From positions 31,744,001 to 31,808,000 of the forward strand of contig CM060732.1 of assembly GCA_030704615.1 (NCBI GenBank): a stretch of 64,000 nt of DNA, given 5' to 3'. Below the pieces are notes generated by a model. That model had not been told where the DNA came from and searched no databases. It worked only from the letters and a program-made list of their open reading frames with translations. The stretch is from Takakia lepidozioides. Taxonomy: Eukaryota; Plantae; Bryophyta. Position numbers and translations under genes: made by a program. This document shows positions 25,260-37,168 of the stretch, piece after piece; within the stretch, counting starts at the first letter, position 1; each line of letters starts with the position of its first letter.

Positions 25260-26010
25260 TGTTACAATATAATGAGTTGCTTCATAAGCTCACTGTAATG
25301 CAGAGAGTAGTATATTTAGAGACACCATGGGAGAGAGATAGAGCAGGTCTATGCATTATGAGTGCTGAGAAGATTAAGCCTTGTGTATTTTTGTTCACCT
25401 TAGTCTCTAAAAGATATTCATATATTTGTAAGAATGGATTTTTCTAGTTCTACCGCCATTATAGGTGATGTGCAATCTCAATAGGTTATGTGCTCACGAT
25501 TCGCCAGAAGTTTGGCTTTGGTAGAAAAGTTAGATCGTTCTAACTATGTAAATTGGAAGGAGATCATAAAGGTGTTGCTCGAGCGTGATGATTTACTTGA
25601 GATTGTCACAAGAGAAGAAAAACAACAGAACTGGAAAAGAGTGGAAGCATAAAGATGCTACAACACGTTTTCACGTCTTCTCTAGAATGTGTCGAAGGAG
25701 AAGTTCCAGTACATTACGAACGCCACAACCGCAAAAGAGGCATGGAATCTATTAGAGAAACGACATGAAGACAAAGACGATGTCAGCATACTAGCAATCT
25801 GTACTCGTCTATTCACCTTCAAGATTAGAAGGAGAGGACGTTAACCTATGTTTGACCGAGCTCAAAAATCTACTTGTTTATTTCAAGTCGGCAAAGATAA
25901 ATGTCTCAGACATGATGATCGATTCTTATTGCTTGTTTGTTTCACAGCCTCCCGCCATCTTTCCATGTGATGGTGACTTCCCTTAACACCCTAGGAAAAA
26001 ACTTGTCTTT
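25260..26010 (+). mobile_element. Ty1/copia relic: short LTR (25260-25483), PBS and degenerate gag
   Basis: TGTTACA...CTCAATA, then GGTTATGTGCTC. Gag motifs EKLDRSNYVNWK...TTAKEAWNLLEKRH...SLPPSF. Confidence 0.75.
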
Positions 26011-28260
26011 AGAGCTGCCACAAATTTTGGAGACAAGCTCTTGACGGTCAATGGTGGGGGAGAGTTGACCTCAACTTCATTGTTGAGAGTGTGCTCCAGT
26101 GAGGGAAGGGGGTCCGCAATCGGGATGACATCATGTCGCAGTTCATCAGTTACAATAAGATCATTGAAGGATAGGTGTATTGCAGCATCGTCGTCATTAA
26201 ATTCATATGGGTCATGTGGAGGATTGCCGACATCATCGGACCCATCCCAATCGTTAGAGTTGGAGTCCCACGCGGCGTCGGTGTCATCATTGCTACTAGA
26301 TTGGACCTCTGAGGCAGATTCTTCAGACAACAGATTCTTCTCATACCATGCCGATGCCTCGCTTGCTGTCCTCTCTTGCAGTAGCCTACAATTCGTGTAG
26401 ACGTAAACCAATTTGTCAGCCATGGCATGATTCAACCTGTTGCGAATCTTGTTATAAACAAACGAGTCACTGCTCCAGTTCCGCTCACAAGACGAGGCAG
26501 AACACACTTGAGCAAGAATACGCTTTGCAATGGGACCTAACGTTCTTGCTCCAGCTCCAATCAGATCCCACCATTCATGTGACACATGTTCATTGCTTTT
26601 GGATCCGGCATGTCATGGAAATGATTATGGCGATCCGAGAAGCACTGGTACTCGGACAAAGCCCGCTCTGTCATATTCAAGGGCGCGAGTTGCATAATGA
26701 CCCGTTCAAGCCCGACTTTAGCATCCACATTGTCTCTCAAATCCGTATTGTCCAGCAAGAATGGATTTAGCAAGGCCCCCGCATAATGCAAATCCGTGCG
26801 AACCATCCGTTTGCGGTCGTAAAATGCATCCTCGGTCATTGCCACCAAATCATCGTCCATAGAAAATGGAGGACGCCTCCAGGATTGCACGTGCTTCTGA
26901 AGGTTTTCCAATATCAACCATGATTTGCCCATTATTGTTTGTTTTCCATCAAACTCCCGCAAAACAATCAACACTGGCTCCACCATGTATACAAAATTTG
27001 CACATTTCGTCCAGAAATCGTCGGAGCGAATGATTGCGCGGACCCTCCGACTTTTGCTCAAATACTTGGACTTATGAGAGTCGCGTAAGGTGCTCACATA
27101 CGCATCTCATTGAGGGTCGATGATCACCTGCTCCAGACCCGTCCTCACAGTCACCATTCGATCCACCATAAAAAAGTTTGTGGCAAAGCGGGTTTCACCC
27201 GGGTTCCTAAGGCTGTATTTGGGTTCATGCTTTCTGAATAATGCCAAAGGGATGTGATGTGCATGGATGAACGTCACAACCGACTTTGCTTTTTTTACTA
27301 GCTGTTTCATCCATGCTTCTTTTCCCCAATCCTCCAAAAGGAGATCAAAGATATGAGCAGCACACCCTTGGTAATATAGATGGGGATATCGTACCATCAA
27401 AATATCGGCCATATTAACCATGTTAGATGCATTGTCCGTGCACACTTGGACAATTTTATGAGCTCCAATTGTATCGATGAAACTTGTCAACAACCTTGCT
27501 TGATAACATGCATCTTTTCTCTCTCCGCTTGTGTCAGTGGATCCCAAAAATTGTTCCCTCGCAGGACAGACCAGCATGACATTGAACAGTGGTCGATTAG
27601 TAACAGAACTCAAACTGTCCACACATATAGTGCTTCCATACTTCCGGAGAGAATCACATGTCTTTTCATTCACCTTTTGGGTGAGGTCAGACATAGCCTC
27701 TTTTAGCAATCATATGCGGAGATCGCGATAACTCGGAGGTGTGTATGTGGACTTGGAATCGGACATGGCTTTGACAGCAGCCACAAACGCAGGAAGCCTC
27801 GAGACATTGAACGGAATATTGACCTCGTAGAAAAATTGGGCCCACTTCTTATCCAGAGTCCTCTTATGCGACAAATTTAAGCTTTATTGCATTGATTGTT
27901 GCTTCAATGGTCTGGTCTATACAAGTGTTGGCGTACAATCGGGTGTTGCTCCTGATCCACCGGCTTCTCCACGAACAGCAGACGCCTCGTAAGAATCCCC
28001 ATAGGTATAACTCTGAGGGGCATTTTGATTCGAATATGGAGTATTTGGCTCAGAAGCCGCGGCCATATCAAAAGACGATGGGATATTGCCTCCACATTGG
28101 GCAAAGTGGGCTTTCACTCCCATGGAGGCTTTTGGGCACAAACTAACCGCTGCATTCTTCCCATCTCTATAGCCGAGGTGATATAACATGCCATCTTTGC
28201 GACCCGCTAGCTTCAATGCACAGAGATTACATTGAACACCATCCTTTTTGTGCGGGTCTA
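25983..28260 (-). pseudogene. hAT transposase (BED-like N-terminus, DUF659, hATC dimerisation), frameshifted
   Basis: VQVCTDNASNM...CAAHIFDLLLED...PGETRFATNF; LHYAGALLNP; WWDLIG...IAKRILAQVCSASSCERNWS...RNRL, spread over several broken ORFs. Confidence 0.92.
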
Positions 28261-29305
28261 CGGTGAACTAAGGGTTCCACTCATCCCTCATCCTCACACC
28301 CAGAACCCTAATCACAGACTTAAGGTTGAACGAAGAACACTAGTGTACTTAGTAGATTTGTCAAGAGCAATAGAAGGTAGAACAGAATGCGATGACCCAA
28401 CACTACGGCATCAATCCAAGTGGATCAATGCACTATGTACTATTATGCTTTTCGACAATTTGCTGCAGTGGCTTTGGTGGAAGCCACAATAGCAAACGGT
28501 CTGCAACCTCCTATTGGGCTACACTTTTGCTCAAGAAATAGAGAACATTCACTCGCCACAAAAGTGTTTGCCACAAAAGAAGTGAGACGCTCGATGCCCC
28601 ATGTTGGTGGTCGCACATATATATATTTTTTTTAAAAACTACTACGACCACCCCCATGCTGGTGGTCGCAGATATTAAAAAACAGAAAAATGCTATAACC
28701 ACCCCCTGCTAGTGGTCGCATATATATATATATATATATATAGCGACCATCCCCATGATGGTGGTCGTAGATATTAAAAAATAGAAAAATGTTGCGACCA
28801 CCCCCATGCTGATGGTCGTAGATATTAAAAAACAAAAAAATGTTGCGACCACCCCCCTGATGGTGGTCGCACCTATTACAAATAAAATAAAAATTGTGCG
28901 ACCACTAGTAGCGGTGGTCGCAACTGTTTAAAAAAAGAAAAAAATGCGACCACCCTTGCTGGTGGTCGCATCTATTTAAAAAAAACAAAAATGCTGCGAC
29001 CACCCCTCTGCTGGTGGTCGCAATTATTAAAAAATAAGATAAATTCTGCGACCACCAACATTTAGAGGTCGCACCAATTTAACAATAATTATTTAAAAAT
29101 GACCTCAAATACTGGCGGTTGGAGTAATTTATAAAACAATTTATTCACTTGCCAAGGTGTCGCTTGGAATACAACGTGTCCACCTACGTGACATATTTTT
29201 CATCTAACTCATGTTTTATTGATTTTTCGGCAAAACTTACGTGACGTTGGTCGCGTTAGCGTCAGGTCCGACGTGACGGGACTTGACGTGACGTGTGCAA
29301 CCCTG
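26030..29305 (-). mobile_element. hAT DNA transposon, 3'-truncated
   Basis: 5' terminus CAGGGTTGCAC on the minus strand ending at 29305, ACGTG-rich and palindromic subterminal repeats, then the transposase. Confidence 0.75.
28600..29075. repeat. Array of ~9 hairpins TGCGACCACC-loop-GGTGGTCGCA with ~50-bp period and A-rich spacers
   Basis: Units at ~28643, 28692, 28742, 28793, 28843, 28896, 28944, 28994 and 29047. Confidence 0.9.
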
Positions 29306-30952
29306 AGACACAGTCCGTCACAGCGTTCACAGGGAACGGTTATCATTGGCAAGGAACGACTGTGTGAGAACGACATCTGCAGAGGGAACGTGCGTTCTGT
29401 CCTAGATGACAGTTAGTTAGTTGCAGGTAGAATAGACAAAGTAGCTACAGGGAGGGGATCACTTCTCGAAGCACTTCTAGCATCAGGGGGAGAAACACGA
29501 TCTGGAGCACAGGGATGGAGAGCACAGTGAAGAAGGACACACGATCTGACGATGCTTGATACATGCAAGCTGTAGAGATGTACTATAGGGCAAAATAGAG
29601 ACACCATGGCTTCGCCCTGATACATGACAGATATAAATCTGATTCTTTTTTTCATACTCACAATGTGTAGAGAAATTTGAGTGAAGCTGTGGAATGAATG
29701 CTTGAGTAGATGGAACATGGTAGATTGTTGAAGCAATCTGATACTTAATCATAGTCAGTAAGGTAACTTACTAAACATGAGTGCAAGGAGGAATAGATAT
29801 AGGAAAGTACCCCCATGATACACTAGCTGTAGGTCATGACTGATTGTTCTGAGCGGGAAGAGTATTTAGAGATATCCAACTTTTCTATCTTGGAGTTTCC
29901 ACCAGATAGCCAAGGGATGGATGAGTATAAACCACTTGATAGCTGCATTGTCACTTCGAAATTTTTTCAGGAAGAGGCGCTCATGCGTGTTCGGACCATT
30001 TTCTTGTTGACTCCTAATCATAATTCCCTCTCCCATTGGTTGACTTTTTCCTGTTGGTTGTTGATTTTCTCCCAATGGCTGTCGGCTCGTTCCTCCTTCA
30101 GACTGATGTCGGCTTCCACTGCTCGCTTCCGCGTACGATGGTTGACAAATATTTTCTCTACCACGGTAAGCAATTCACCATGGTAAACCTGAACAGCAGG
30201 GCGTGAAGGAGCTCTGTGATCACCTGCATGTGCACGATGTCCCTCAATCTGCACATTCTATCCATCTCCAACATATGGAGGTGTTACTCTATGCATTCTC
30301 AATCGATACAACCTTGGTCCCTCATGTCCCTCGGTCGCTTGATATGTAGCAAAATCTCTCTCAAATAGAAACACGATGGCTTCCATGTCAATTCAAGATC
30401 CACTGCACCACCATTGCTCCTGAAGCTTCCGAAGTACAACGCGTAGCGAGAAAAAGAAAAATGCAAAGCGGGAGTCGTCGAAAGAGACGGTGTGTATGAA
30501 AATATATAAAGATTAATAGGTAATGTAGATCCCTTTATATATGAATGAAAAGATGGATGCAAAGATGAAGAGGTCACAAGATGGGACCAAGAACAGCAAT
30601 ACTAATAAGGAGAGCATTCAGTAGTGGTAAGTTGTCCTGTAAAATTATGAATGACACTTTACTTCTCATACTCAGTACTCAGCCCGAGCCTCGCTCAGCT
30701 GGGGCCTGCTGAGTGACAATGATGAGCCTCATGGATTGTCATTCTTGTTTAGGTTGCAGTAATGCAGCAGGGGGTGAATACATTGGCTTGACTTGAGGGC
30801 TATTTCAAGGCCTCTTGAACAAGTCACATTCATTTCTGAGTCGCTTTGTATTGACCCAATGTCTAACTTCATGGGACACCCAACTCCATTAGACAAGAAT
30901 GTTGCAAGAAACCTCCCAAGACCTCATTAGGTCATATGTTTATATCATTTCA

Positions 30953-32260
30953 CCTTGCATCCTTCGGGATGATCGCAAATGTACGCATAAAGAAGTGGAA
31001 ATACCCACTGCTCATTACCAAAAGGGTCTGATAAAGCTATGCCACTGCAAACAAAGGCAAAAAGTTAGAAATGGAGTCTCTCAATTGATTATTGTTCATA
31101 CAAACATTCAACCATGTGTTGAAAATAGTGGAAATGAAAGATTAGTGATGATTTAACCTATAACCAGCTTTCTTCAGTGGCTCCAAGATGTGGCTGAGGC
31201 ATTCATGAAAAATCTGTAGCCTTCGTTCATGTGACACCTCAGATGACGAAAAAATAGGTAGACCTGCAAGTAACAAATGTCTCTCGTCCATATATCTATT
31301 TTTGCATGCAATGTTTCCAATCGTCATAACAAGTGAATAGCCAGACACCCTTCCATTGTTGGATAAAGTTGTTTGATCACTATACAAGATCAATGGTGCT
31401 ACCACTGCTCCATCACATTTAATGTGTTACTGCATCATGGACAAAAAAAGATGTGAAGATCTAGCTCACAAGGTATTGGTAAAGAACTAAGGGGAGTTTT
31501 TCATCATACAAGAAGAATGGCTGGTCTTCAAGCAACAAGTTGGATTCAGAATGAGTCAAATAATCTCCATTAAGTTAGGGGATTGGACAATTTATGTGAT
31601 ATACCACTCCCATTGACAAACATACTTGCATTGTTTGCCACCATCGGCCAGTGTCGGGTGTAGAGAATCCCGAGTCATGGCGTATTATCCTTGGAGCCAT
31701 TTGAAAGCCCTCTGCAACTTGGGGGGACGAGAAAAGAGGCGCTAGAGCCTCGAGAGGATCTCGATAGTACATTCTTTGTCCAATATCTCCGTCCTCGATA
31801 TGCACCACGTGCTCAAACCAACCATCATTTTTTTTTAATAGTGTTTCCTCGTATTTTTCTGTGTCAGCCACAGACCTCACAGTAATCTCCTCCAGTTTGA
31901 ATGAGGGATGAAACAAAATCTGGCTAAAGAGTGAATTGATATCATTGATTGACAATCCTGTCTTGTTTTTGCAATTTCTGATCCAATGCATAAGAGAGAA
32001 CGTGGGATTGTATTGGGGGGCGGGAATTTCTTCAATGGGCGGGGACAAATATTCAAGCTCTTCAAGAAGGTCATGACTACCACAAGGTTGGTCGAGTGGT
32101 ATGAAAGACCTATGGTGAGCCCTTGCTAAGTCAATAGCCAGCCTCTTCTCTCTCACGAGCTCATGGGATCGACATGCTATGCTTTTTTGGTGTGCCTGTA
32201 GTGCAGATTTGTGAGCAAAGTTGATGGCTCCACATCAGGAGCAATTAAAAGGACCCTGCA
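30953..32260 (-). pseudogene. Plavaka-type (CMC-related) transposase with introns, C-terminal half missing or decayed
   Basis: YYRDPLEAL...TPDTGRWWQTMQ | APLILYSDQTTLS...YSLVMTIGNI...QIFHECLSHILEPLKKAG | GIALSDPFG...VFPLLYAYICDHPEG. N-terminal C2H2-like segment and GT-AG junctions. Confidence 0.8.
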
Positions 32261-33379
32261 TAATCCCTAGCCAAACCCTATTCCAGATCCAGTTTGTATT
32301 AAAGACACGTAAATACAGCCTCAAGACAGAACTATCCCCCCATGGTATAGGCTGTTCCCAACCTCCCAACCAGCTGGGGTGGAGCACCCCTCTCTTATTT
32401 AAACCTCTATATGGACCACACTCCTTGATTCTATTAGCACCTTGGTTTACTGGAGCTCAGACTAATATATTACAAAGATGTGCAGTGTGTTAGTTGGAAC
32501 AGGGTGCCACCTCATAGAAGAAAGGAGGGCTAGTATGTACAGATGGAGCCAATTGAATGGAGTGATCAAAATCTCCCAGTGCCTGCAGTGCTCCAATCTG
32601 CCCTGCGAGCAAAGGGAGGTGCTACGGTAAGCTGGCATTTAGACTTAAAGAGACTTCAATCAGGTCTTCTTTTCCTGGGATAGTAGACATGTAAAGAGGC
32701 TCCTTGCTCTGAATACGAATATGTCACTGTAAAAGGTTTGGTGGAAAACTGTTAAATTGTTCCAAAATTGAGGTCCACCGCTTACGGTAGGTGTAAAAAA
32801 GAACTCACAACAGAGAACTTCCCTGCTTGGATCTCTTCCTGCTATGCATACTCATTTGTATCACACGTATTTCCACCCAAACTCAAGTGTAGACAGAAGA
32901 CTATTGAATAGACATTTTTGACAATAAAAACCTGACGTTTTGGGTTCTGATGACAGTCAAGAAAGGCTGACCTGGCGACTGCGAGCGTTTCCGCGGTTAT
33001 CCCATGCTCTTGCCACAATGTCTGGAACCCACTCAGTATCAACCTTTTGGTATAAGTTGTCAATCACCTCCGTCCACAGCCTCTCCTCCTCTTCAACTTG
33101 CAGAAACACTCTGTTGTCGCAGAAAGAACTCTTTTGGGACACACAAGAGTTCCTTGATGTTCCTACACACATTGCAAGCTATTGCACTAAAAATCCGCTA
33201 TGAATTTGAATTTAAGCTCGTACAACGTGATCAACACTGCCAAGTACGGACGTCTCCATTGCACTCCAATACATGTGATTTTCTACTTTAATTGTTAGGT
33301 TGATTTTACATTGTGCCACTCTTGAATTACCTATGTTGTAGGTAAAATGTTGAAACCAAGCAGTCTGGCATCTCCATAA

Positions 33380-34072
33380 GCTCTTTCTAAACCGTGCTGA
33401 AACCAGATGGTTCTTGCTTATAAACGCTGGTACCTATCAAGGTCGGCCACCCGACCACACTGTGCCACCCTGGCTGCTACCATGCATATGTACCCGATCA
33501 CCATGCTCATGCCTTGCTAGGCTTTGCCCGGACATACTCCTTGTACAAGGCCTACCCATTAACACCCTATCCCCTACCTCACCATCCCCACAATTCACCA
33601 TTTATGTCATTGAATTCACATTTTGTCACGATCGTTACCCCAATGACTCGATTTTAGAAAAGCCGTAAAAAATATGTCATGCTTATCTTTGCAATCCGAC
33701 GGTATGGCTGAAAAACTGGCCCATTACCCGTCATCACCACCGGTACTCGAGGCGGCATTCATAACACCAATATCAATGACATACATGATTACTTCAAAAT
33801 TCTCACTCTTCCCATCCACAAATGCTTCAAAGTAATTCACCTCACAGCACTCGGTTCACTCAGAGCTATTATCGCCAACAAACGCCAACTGGAATCCGGC
33901 ACTCCAAACTCACCCTAGGCCCCAGGGTAACCAGAGACTCCCCTACTTTCTACAGTCACTTCGTGTCCTATATGACACCTTTCTTTTTATAGGGGGGCCC
34001 TTTAAAAGGGGCAGTAGCCGCAAGGCAAAGTGGCTCCGAGTTACGCTGCCTTCGGCCAAAGTCTTCTCTCTC
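33380..34072 (+). mobile_element. 3' end of a non-LTR retrotransposon with a restriction-like endonuclease (RLE) domain
   Basis: WLLPCIC...CSCLARLCPDILLVQG...IYVIEFTFCHD, frameshifting to LPVITTGTRGGIH. PD...E motif; ends in a CT-rich tract. Confidence 0.55.
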
Positions 34073-34087
34073 TTGAAACTAGATTGA

Positions 34088-35330
34088 TTTTTATTTTTAT
34101 TTTTTTTCCCCAGAACGGGGGACAAGGGGAATTTTATTAATAAAAAAAAAGGGGGAGAACACCGCAGAGGAAAAAATAACCTCCAGGAATGCCGTGAAGG
34201 CGTAAACACCCAGAGCATCTAGGGACGAGGGGGAGAAGCTGGATAAGTCCGCCTACCAGAACCAAGAGATAAGTGACAACTTTCACAAAACAAGATCACG
34301 AGGAGAAAAGACCAGCGCAGAAAGCAATAAGGTTCAGAAGCTTCATCTACGCAGATAGGCAACTGTCCAGAATACTAAACTGTCTGGTCCTATTGCGCCC
34401 ACTTTCTGAGGCACACTACTGGCTGCCACTCCCAAAATCCAGATGCGCTTTCGATTTGGAGGAGCTCAGTTTCTGATGTCGCCAATTGATGTCTGGCGCT
34501 TCGGAGTCAGCCGGCAAATTGCCAATCCCGGGGGATGTCGTCATTCCATTGGACTCTAGATTCCGATAGCCTGGTGCACAGGGTGTTGCCTTTTGCCCAG
34601 GAGAGGTCGAAATCCGAGTACAGCTGCTGGCACCTTCCTTCACTACACTTGCAGGCTGCTGCAATCAAAGTCATCCATGCTTTTTGGCTCTCAATCATCA
34701 AATCCACATATATTTTGCAGAGAACGGATCTGACATTGGGGCATTTTCCCTGAAAAACTAAGGAGCATCTAGCCTTCCATATAGACCAGAGAGAGAGAGC
34801 TCTAAGGGGCGTCCATACTGGGCAATTGGACCATGAAGAAACATTGTGCAGATTGAGTAGCAGAAGGGGCGGAGCTAAAGAGGGTATAGTCCCCCAGTTA
34901 GATCCTGACATAGTTCCACACCCTGGCAGAAACCGGACAGTGAATCAAACACTGCTCTATCGTTTCACTTCTTCCATTCTGGCAAGATCTGCAGGCTGGG
35001 TCAAAATCAGGTATGGAGATAGCTACTGGGAGGATCCTGTTGGCAATTTTCCACAAAAAAGCACTGATTTTTTGCAGATCTATGCTTTGCCCATATGTCC
35101 TTCAAACACTACTCCATCGTTGGTCTTGCATCTGCAAAGACCATTTCCTGTTCCATTTAGACTTAAAATCTGGTTTCCCAAGCAGCAGTCTATACCCTGT
35201 CTTGACAGTGTAGCCCAGAAATGGAGTATTGGAGGTGTTTTTCCAAGTCCATTCTCCTGGGTCTACTTGTAATCTGCTCAAAGGGAAACGCAGATTGAAT
35301 TAGTGTTGATCTTATAATCAAGGATCCCGT
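34088..35330 (-). mobile_element. L1/Tx1-like LINE 3' fragment
   Basis: WTPLRALSLWSIWKARCSLVFQG (typical ORF2 C-terminal motif) and an A-rich tail on the minus strand at 34088-34107. Confidence 0.7.
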
Positions 35331-35595
35331 GCTTTGTGAACATTGCATCATCAAAAATTGCATATACATAAATATCACGACATTAAAATAAATATTTAAT
35401 TTTGTTTTTTTATAATGATCAAGACTAAGTAGCTTTAACTCCGATTCAAGTAGGCAGTAAGTTTCAGATGCATGTACTGTGTAACAACTGACACTCTGCC
35501 TACATGCTGCTCTACCTACATGCGGCTGCTACGGTTATTTGACTATCCAAGGCCATCAACAACAGTTCAAGGGCATCCAACGTTCTCAACGTCTT

Positions 35596-37168
35596 AAATT
35601 GTGCACAGAGAGAGAGGAACTTCAGTTCATCCACAGGTCCTCCACGTGATTCTGGTTGACACATGATAGGACAAAAGTATACACAGTTCCTTTGAATCCA
35701 AGCTTTTGCCATATTACGCATAAGTTGCGCTTGCATCGGCACGAGCCTTCCATAGCCTTGTGGCCAAGAGACTTCATAATGAGAGAGAAAAGGAGGAGGG
35801 GTGTTTAAGGGCACAAGAGAGACAGTGTGCAGTGCCACAACAGCAAATCCTTCTAAATGACTTGACTGGATTGACTCATTATGTCAGAGCACTGTGACAG
35901 AAGTTAAGTAGTGCCATACCCATGACAGCTGTTGGACAACACATAATCAGAAGGCTTGGAGCTTTCGCCACCTCCGCTGGTAGGTCACCAGTTAAGTGGT
36001 TGTTGTCCAGCAGTCTGCAGACCCAAACACACCCAAGGTTAAACTTGTAAATGTGTATAATCACACCATCCCACAAGGCATTTCTTGACAATTCTATCCA
36101 AAGGCTTTTCCTTTTCTATCCGTGTAATCCTGCCTTTCTGTGCTACGACCCTGTATTGATCACTTCAGTCTTGTCAACTCTGCTTCATACCACCTCACAT
36201 CCCACGTGAACAAAGGTGTAGAGTTGCATCCCACCAGTTGTCACACGGAGGGCATGGCAACTTATGTATACAATCTTTTGCTCCCCTGACCTGCGTGTCT
36301 TCTTGGAAAGAAGCAAATACTTACATATGAACAAGCTTCGGTAGCTTGCCAAGTCCGGCGGGAAGGTTGCCATTCAAAGAGTTGTTGTTCATGTGCCTAT
36401 ATTACAAACAACCAGCCATCTGATCAGACCTTTCCCAGAGGAGAAAGAACAAGGCAGTAAGCACAAACTGAAATTTTGAAAATGATTGGAAGCTACAACG
36501 CGCTCCCTTCCACCGGGACCAGTTGAGTTTTGGGAGAACTGGGCACTTCTCCTGCTTGCGAATTCATGACCATGACACCACGCCTGGGTGTTGAGACTAT
36601 TTGAGAGACAATGGCTTCTCTCACCGTGCATTCCAGCGACAATCTCAAACCTTGACTTTGCAGACATGTTGGGAGCAAGTTGCTTTCTAGAAGTAAACTT
36701 CTGGACGCTCACTGTGTGGTAATGACAACTGAGCACCAAAATCTTTTCCAGTGATGGATGAATCACCAAATGTCACAGAAGGAGAAATACTTTCAGCATA
36801 GGACACTGGTTCAAACTCTCAAGTTTCACACTATCTGAACACAAAGTAGATACACTCACAGATACTGGATATTTGGAAGGTTTTCAAAAGTCGTGGGCAC
36901 TGGTCCAGAAATATTGTTCTGATCAATCTGTATTCTGTTGAGGTTGGACAAATCACCAAGCTCTGGAGGAAGAATCCCTGTGAATGGTTTCCATTCAGCA
37001 GCCTGTTCCAAGCACCACCAAGTCTTTATGCTATCCCCATAGACATCCAAATTGTGCAGAGAGAGAGAGGAACTTCAGTTCATCCACAGGTCCTCCACGT
37101 GATTCTGGTTGACACATGATAGGACAAAAGTATACACAGCTCCTTTGAATCCAAGCTTTTGCCATATT
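35596..37168. repeat. Two near-identical ~120-bp direct copies (35596-35716 and 37048-37168)
   Basis: GGAACTTCAGTTCATCCACAGGTCCTCCACGTGATTCTGG...GCTTTTGCCATATT occurs in both. Confidence 0.9.

Noticed and set aside
28600-29075. CRISPR-like array of palindromic repeats
   Set aside because: Eukaryotic context, spacers are similar A-rich tracts rather than unique sequences, no cas genes, and it lies inside a hAT element.
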